A stretch of DNA of 64,000 nt. Source: Promethearchaeota archaeon. Its GTDB lineage: Archaea; Asgardarchaeota; Lokiarchaeia; Sigyniarchaeales; SOKP01. Position 1 is the first letter of the stretch. The number at the start of each line of letters is the position of its first letter. The stretch is taken from the NCBI GenBank assembly GCA_019058445.1, contig JAHPZA010000009.1, positions 448,001-512,000 on the forward strand, read 5' to 3'. The translations under genes were made by a program, and so were the position numbers. Of the stretch, positions 60,659-64,000 are shown piece by piece. Below the pieces are notes generated by a model. The model did no database searches. It was not told where the DNA came from and saw only the letters and a program-made list of their open reading frames with translations.

Positions 60659-61783
60659 TTATTGGTTTAACCATTTATATAACTCACCAAGAATAATACA
60701 TTTATTTCTTTGACCTTTTAGTTTTTCTATATTTTCCACATTCATCAACCATAAGCAGGAACGTAATTCATTTTTAAGTGTTCTTATCTCTTTAAGGGTA
60801 TTTGAAATAGAATTACTTTTTCTATCTTTCCAGGCGGATTTTAAAAATTTATAGGCAAATCCCCCGATATCAGCACCTAAGGCGATGGACTTTGCTATAT
60901 CAATCCCTGTTTTTAAACCTCCAGTGCCAATTAGTAATTTTTGAGTCGCACTTCTAACATAAATGATGCTAACTGGTGTAGGTATACCCCATTCTCTAAA
61001 TATTTCGGCAGGATCTCGAGTGTATTTTTGATTGTCAAAATTGTTGCGCTTGGATTCAATTGCTGCAAAACTTGTACCTCCTGTTCCTCCAACATCAAAA
61101 CCATCAAAACCAAGCTTATCAAGTTCCATCGCCAAATCTCGGTTGAAACCCGTTCCAACTTCTTTTGCAATTATTGGTATCTTATGCTTTTTTCGTATTT
61201 TTTGAAAATTTTCGCGAAAAAGTTTATAGGAAATATCTCCTTTATCCTGAACTAATTCATGTAAGGCATTCAAATGAATTGCCATCACATCAGCATGTAT
61301 CATCTCGATACATTTACTAAAACTTTCCACATTAAATTTTTCTTCACTTACTTGACCAATACCAATATTACCAATTATTGGGATATTTGGAGCAACTTCG
61401 CGTGTAACTTCAAATGAACTTAATAGAGCAGGGTCTTCAATTCCAGCACGTTGACTTCCTACGCTCATTATAATATTTTCTTCTTCTGCAGACCTTGCCA
61501 AAATTTCATTAATTTCTTTTGAAACCGGGTGACCCCCTGTAATTGCAGAAATACAAATTGGAGCTGAAATCTTTTTATTAAAAAATTTGATCGAAAGATC
61601 AATATCTTCAAAATCCACTTCTGGGAGAGGATGGTGAATCAATTTAATATCATCAAAATAATTTTCTAAATGTTGTACATTGTATTCTAAGGGAATTTTA
61701 AGATGTTCTATTTTTCGATCCATTATTTCCTTAGATTGATTTGGTTCAGGCATATCTTCTTTTCTAAATCTACTACTTGTCAT
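60659..61783 (-). CDS. fni: Type 2 isopentenyl-diphosphate isomerase
   Basis: Motifs RKIEH, AITGG, VGSQR, IHLNALHE, KEVGTG, GGTSF and TGG. Confidence 0.93.
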   Translation of the reverse strand: MTSSRFRKEDMPEPNQSKEIMDRKIEHLKIPLEYNVQHLENYFDDIKLIHHPLPEVDFEDIDLSIKFFNKKISAPICISAITGGHPVSKEINEILARSAEEENIIMSVGSQRAGIEDPALLSSFEVTREVAPNIPIIGNIGIGQVSEEKFNVESFSKCIEMIHADVMAIHLNALHELVQDKGDISYKLFRENFQKIRKKHKIPIIAKEVGTGFNRDLAMELDKLGFDGFDVGGTGGTSFAAIESKRNNFDNQKYTRDPAEIFREWGIPTPVSIIYVRSATQKLLIGTGGLKTGIDIAKSIALGADIGGFAYKFLKSAWKDRKSNSISNTLKEIRTLKNELRSCLWLMNVENIEKLKGQRNKCIILGELYKWLNQ

Positions 61784-61792
61784 AATTTAAAC

Positions 61793-62608
61793 TTATTTAT
61801 TAATTAATATGTTTGTACAATTAATATTTTGATTTTTCAATGACTTGTATATATATCCTTCCTTAAGTCCATTTATTAATTGCACTGGAATATTATAAGT
61901 ACAAATTTGCTTAATAAAGTTAAGTTTGCCTTTAATTCCACCAGTAACATCTATTTTTTGACCTAGATTTGCTAAATTAAGACTATCTAATTCGTCAGAA
62001 TTACATTCTGTAGCCAGTGTGCATTCCCCATTAGTATCTTTGTCATTGATATATATACCATCCGTTTCCATTGTGAAAATTACTTTTGATACCGAATATT
62101 TTTTCAAATTTTCACATAATTCAAGAATAATCTGATCTCCTGAGATAATTGAAAACGAGCCTTGTTTATCAAGAATAATATCACCATATAAAATAGGCAA
62201 GATATTGAGGTCTAAGGCCGCCTTGATAATTTCGATAGAGTAAGTTGAAATTTTATGAGAATCTTTAATAAAAATGCTGGAAGCTTGAATTGATAAGGCC
62301 GGATATTTTTTTTCTAAAAATAAATTAATTAAATAGGAATTGAACTTATTCATTGATTGGTGAGTTTGAGTAAGTCCAAATATTTGATTTTCAATAGATG
62401 GATTAAGACCTTTCGAAATACTGTACTGCTTTGCAAGAGGATGACCAAATGAACCCCCACCATGAATTAAAATTACTTTTTCATCAGCATCGATTATCTG
62501 CTGTACTGCGCTTTTTGCAACTTCTTCTCGTATAGAAAATGGTTTATTTTTATCAGTTAATAAACCTCCACCTAACTTTAACAGTATAATTTTATTTTTG
62601 TCCTTCAA
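61793..62608 (-). CDS. ipk: Isopentenyl phosphate kinase
   Basis: Motifs LKLGG..TDK, HGGGSFGH, SGDQI and DVTGGI..K; located between mvk and fni. Confidence 0.92.
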   Translation of the reverse strand: MKDKNKIILLKLGGGLLTDKNKPFSIREEVAKSAVQQIIDADEKVILIHGGGSFGHPLAKQYSISKGLNPSIENQIFGLTQTHQSMNKFNSYLINLFLEKKYPALSIQASSIFIKDSHKISTYSIEIIKAALDLNILPILYGDIILDKQGSFSIISGDQIILELCENLKKYSVSKVIFTMETDGIYINDKDTNGECTLATECNSDELDSLNLANLGQKIDVTGGIKGKLNFIKQICTYNIPVQLINGLKEGYIYKSLKNQNINCTNILINK

Positions 62609-62621
62609 TTTAAATTAACAC

Positions 62622-63588
62622 TCAACCTATCATTGTTCTCCAGGCATCAAATCCTTCTTGTTCGATGGCCTTAGCAATTTTCTCTTGTAATTCTTCGCTT
62701 TCAGCTAAAGCTATTACCAATCCTCCGCGTCCTGTTCCCGTCATTTTAGCGCCTAATGCACCATTATTTAGTGCAATTTCTACTAATCTATCATTTAATT
62801 CTCCAGAAACCGTGATTTGTTGAAGTAATTTATGATTTTGATTCATTAAATCACCTAAAGTGTTGGAATCTCCTTCAAGGAGAGCTTTTTTTGCTTTTTC
62901 TGCTAGAATTTTATAATCACCGAATATTTTCTCAAATTTTTCTGGAGATTCTTCCTTTAAACTCCGAACATCAGCAACTACCTCCGTTGTTGAAGCAGTT
63001 ATTCCTGAATTTGCGATTACTAATGGCATCTTTTTTGGTGTTTTTAAAAGGTCCATAGTATTCTTTCCACCACTTAAGTTCTTTACAAACCATATCAATC
63101 CTCCATATGTTGAGGCTGTATTATCTATTCCTGAGGGAGTTCCGTGATATGCTTTTTCACCTTCATAAGCCGCTGCATTTATCTTTTCATCATCTAATCC
63201 AAGATTAAACCTTTCGTTTAAAGCGCGAGCTAAAGATGTACATTGAGCAGCAGAAGCTCCAACTCCACTCGCAGCAATCAAATCTCCTGCAAATGTTATT
63301 TCAAGTTTCTGACTCTGGATATCTATTTTTAAATGTTCAAGTACATTTTTAATAGATTGCATAGCATCATCATATTTCATTTGTTTATAACCTGGTGTAG
63401 CAGGCCTCTGATCATCTACAGTCCAACCTTGACCATTAACAATTTTAACTTCAGCTGTTGTATAGGAACTTAAAGCTGATGCGATTGCAGGAAGACCATA
63501 CACTACAAAATGATTGCGTTTAATCCTGAATTGGGAATTAAATTTCGCCAAAAAGTATAGTCTTTCCATATCCTTTTCCAGTACCCAA
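62622..63588 (-). CDS. mvk: Mevalonate kinase, split: exon 1 63588-63544, exon 2 63512-62622 (311 aa when joined)
   Basis: Exon 1 starts at TTG with GGTGA 5 nt upstream (an in-frame ATG at 63600 is an alternative) and encodes MGTGKGYGKTILFGE. Exon 2 encodes HFVVYGLPAIA..., the GHMP motif ASGVGASAA, HGTPSGIDN and GAKMTGTGRGG. The track's N-terminus MERLYFLAKF... is an off-frame reading through the insert. Confidence 0.9.
63513..63543 (-). other. 31-nt insert in mvk, candidate BHB/BHL-type mRNA intron
   Basis: Sense sequence ATTTAATTCCCAATTCAGGATTAAACGCAAT. Removing it restores the GE|HFVVYG motif and the frame. It folds into an 8-bp intron stem with a 3-nt bulge at the 5' junction and a 4-position central helix. 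Confidence 0.7.
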
Positions 63589-63698
63589 ATTATTCACCAT
63601 TTATTCTCGTATTTTATGACAAAATCTATGAAATAAATAATTCTTACCTATATTTAAAAAGTTGGATATAATAATTTATCCAGAAATTATTAATTTAT

Positions 63699-63824
63699 CT
63701 ACTTATTCTGCCTATTCAAATATCCTACCATACTTATAATATCCAATTCCAAGCTTCTATACGTTTGATTATAAAATTGTTTTAATTCTTCAACCTTTTT
63801 TTTCCCTAGTTAGGTTAGATTATA
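63699..63824 (-). pseudogene. Possible decayed winged-helix (PadR/MarR-like) gene end
   Basis: Reads YNLT*LGKKKVEELKQFYNQTYRSLELDIISMVGYLNRQNK*. YxLTxxG is typical of wHTH wings; in-frame TAA at 63810-63812. Confidence 0.3.
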
Positions 63825-64000
63825 GGAATTATCAAATGGGAAGGTAGAATCTTAATAATCAAGTTATTATTACATAATTGAAATTAGTTTGTGAAGATTA
63901 CAAAGATAGGTTTTTTAGTCACTAAACATACTCATAAATGCTTAAGACAAGATACCAAAGTTTATTATTAATTTCTTTATAAATTAAAAATTAACTGAAT

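Noticed and set aside
24168-61255. Other small overlapping ORFs in the track (e.g. 32947-33438, 55160-55489, 58324-58728, 60941-61255)
   Set aside because: They lie within or opposite well-supported genes and have no recognisable motifs.
63513-63543. On the + strand the mvk insert (ATTGCGTTTAATCCTGAATTGGGAATTAAAT) has a CRISPR-repeat-like length, hairpin and ending
   Set aside because: It is a single copy with no spacers, leader or cas genes in the window, and the BHB/BHL geometry explains both junctions. Comparing it with this genome's CRISPR repeats is still worthwhile.
63544-63569. ORF-track start of mevalonate kinase (MERLYFLAKF...)
   Set aside because: Off-frame relative to the conserved GKTILFGE motif, which is encoded in another frame behind a good SD and TTG.

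Overview
Low-GC archaeal chromosome segment, most likely an Asgard archaeon of the Lokiarchaeia/Promethearchaeia type. This is inferred from the Rab/Arf-like small GTPase-roadblock fusion, longin-like domains, a SelB-like factor lacking a P-loop and archaeal mevalonate/ether-lipid genes. The first 23.7 kb hold a tandem array of three ~8 kb paralogous genes for giant single-pass surface proteins. Each has three DUF2341-like/LamG modules, a glycosylated stalk, a TM helix and a cytoplasmic longin-like plus winged-helix-like tail. The first copy runs off the window edge and is missing from the ORF track. The copies are sequence mosaics of one another, and two of their lectin-like LamG domains differ completely between copies. 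The array sits head-to-head with a double small-GTPase/roadblock gene that appears to use an ATT/ATC start. The middle of the window contains metabolic genes, a lone TnpB and a sugar-use island with duplication scars. The right end is an isoprenoid cluster (GGR, ubiX, fni, ipk, mvk). The top observation is that mevalonate kinase is split inside its conserved GKxILFGE|HFVVYG motif by a 31-nt frame-breaking insert (63513-63543). This insert folds with its flanks into a bulge-helix-bulge/loop structure whose predicted endonuclease cut sites coincide exactly with the junctions that restore the protein, making it a candidate tRNA-type intron in an mRNA. No rRNA, tRNA or CRISPR array was seen.
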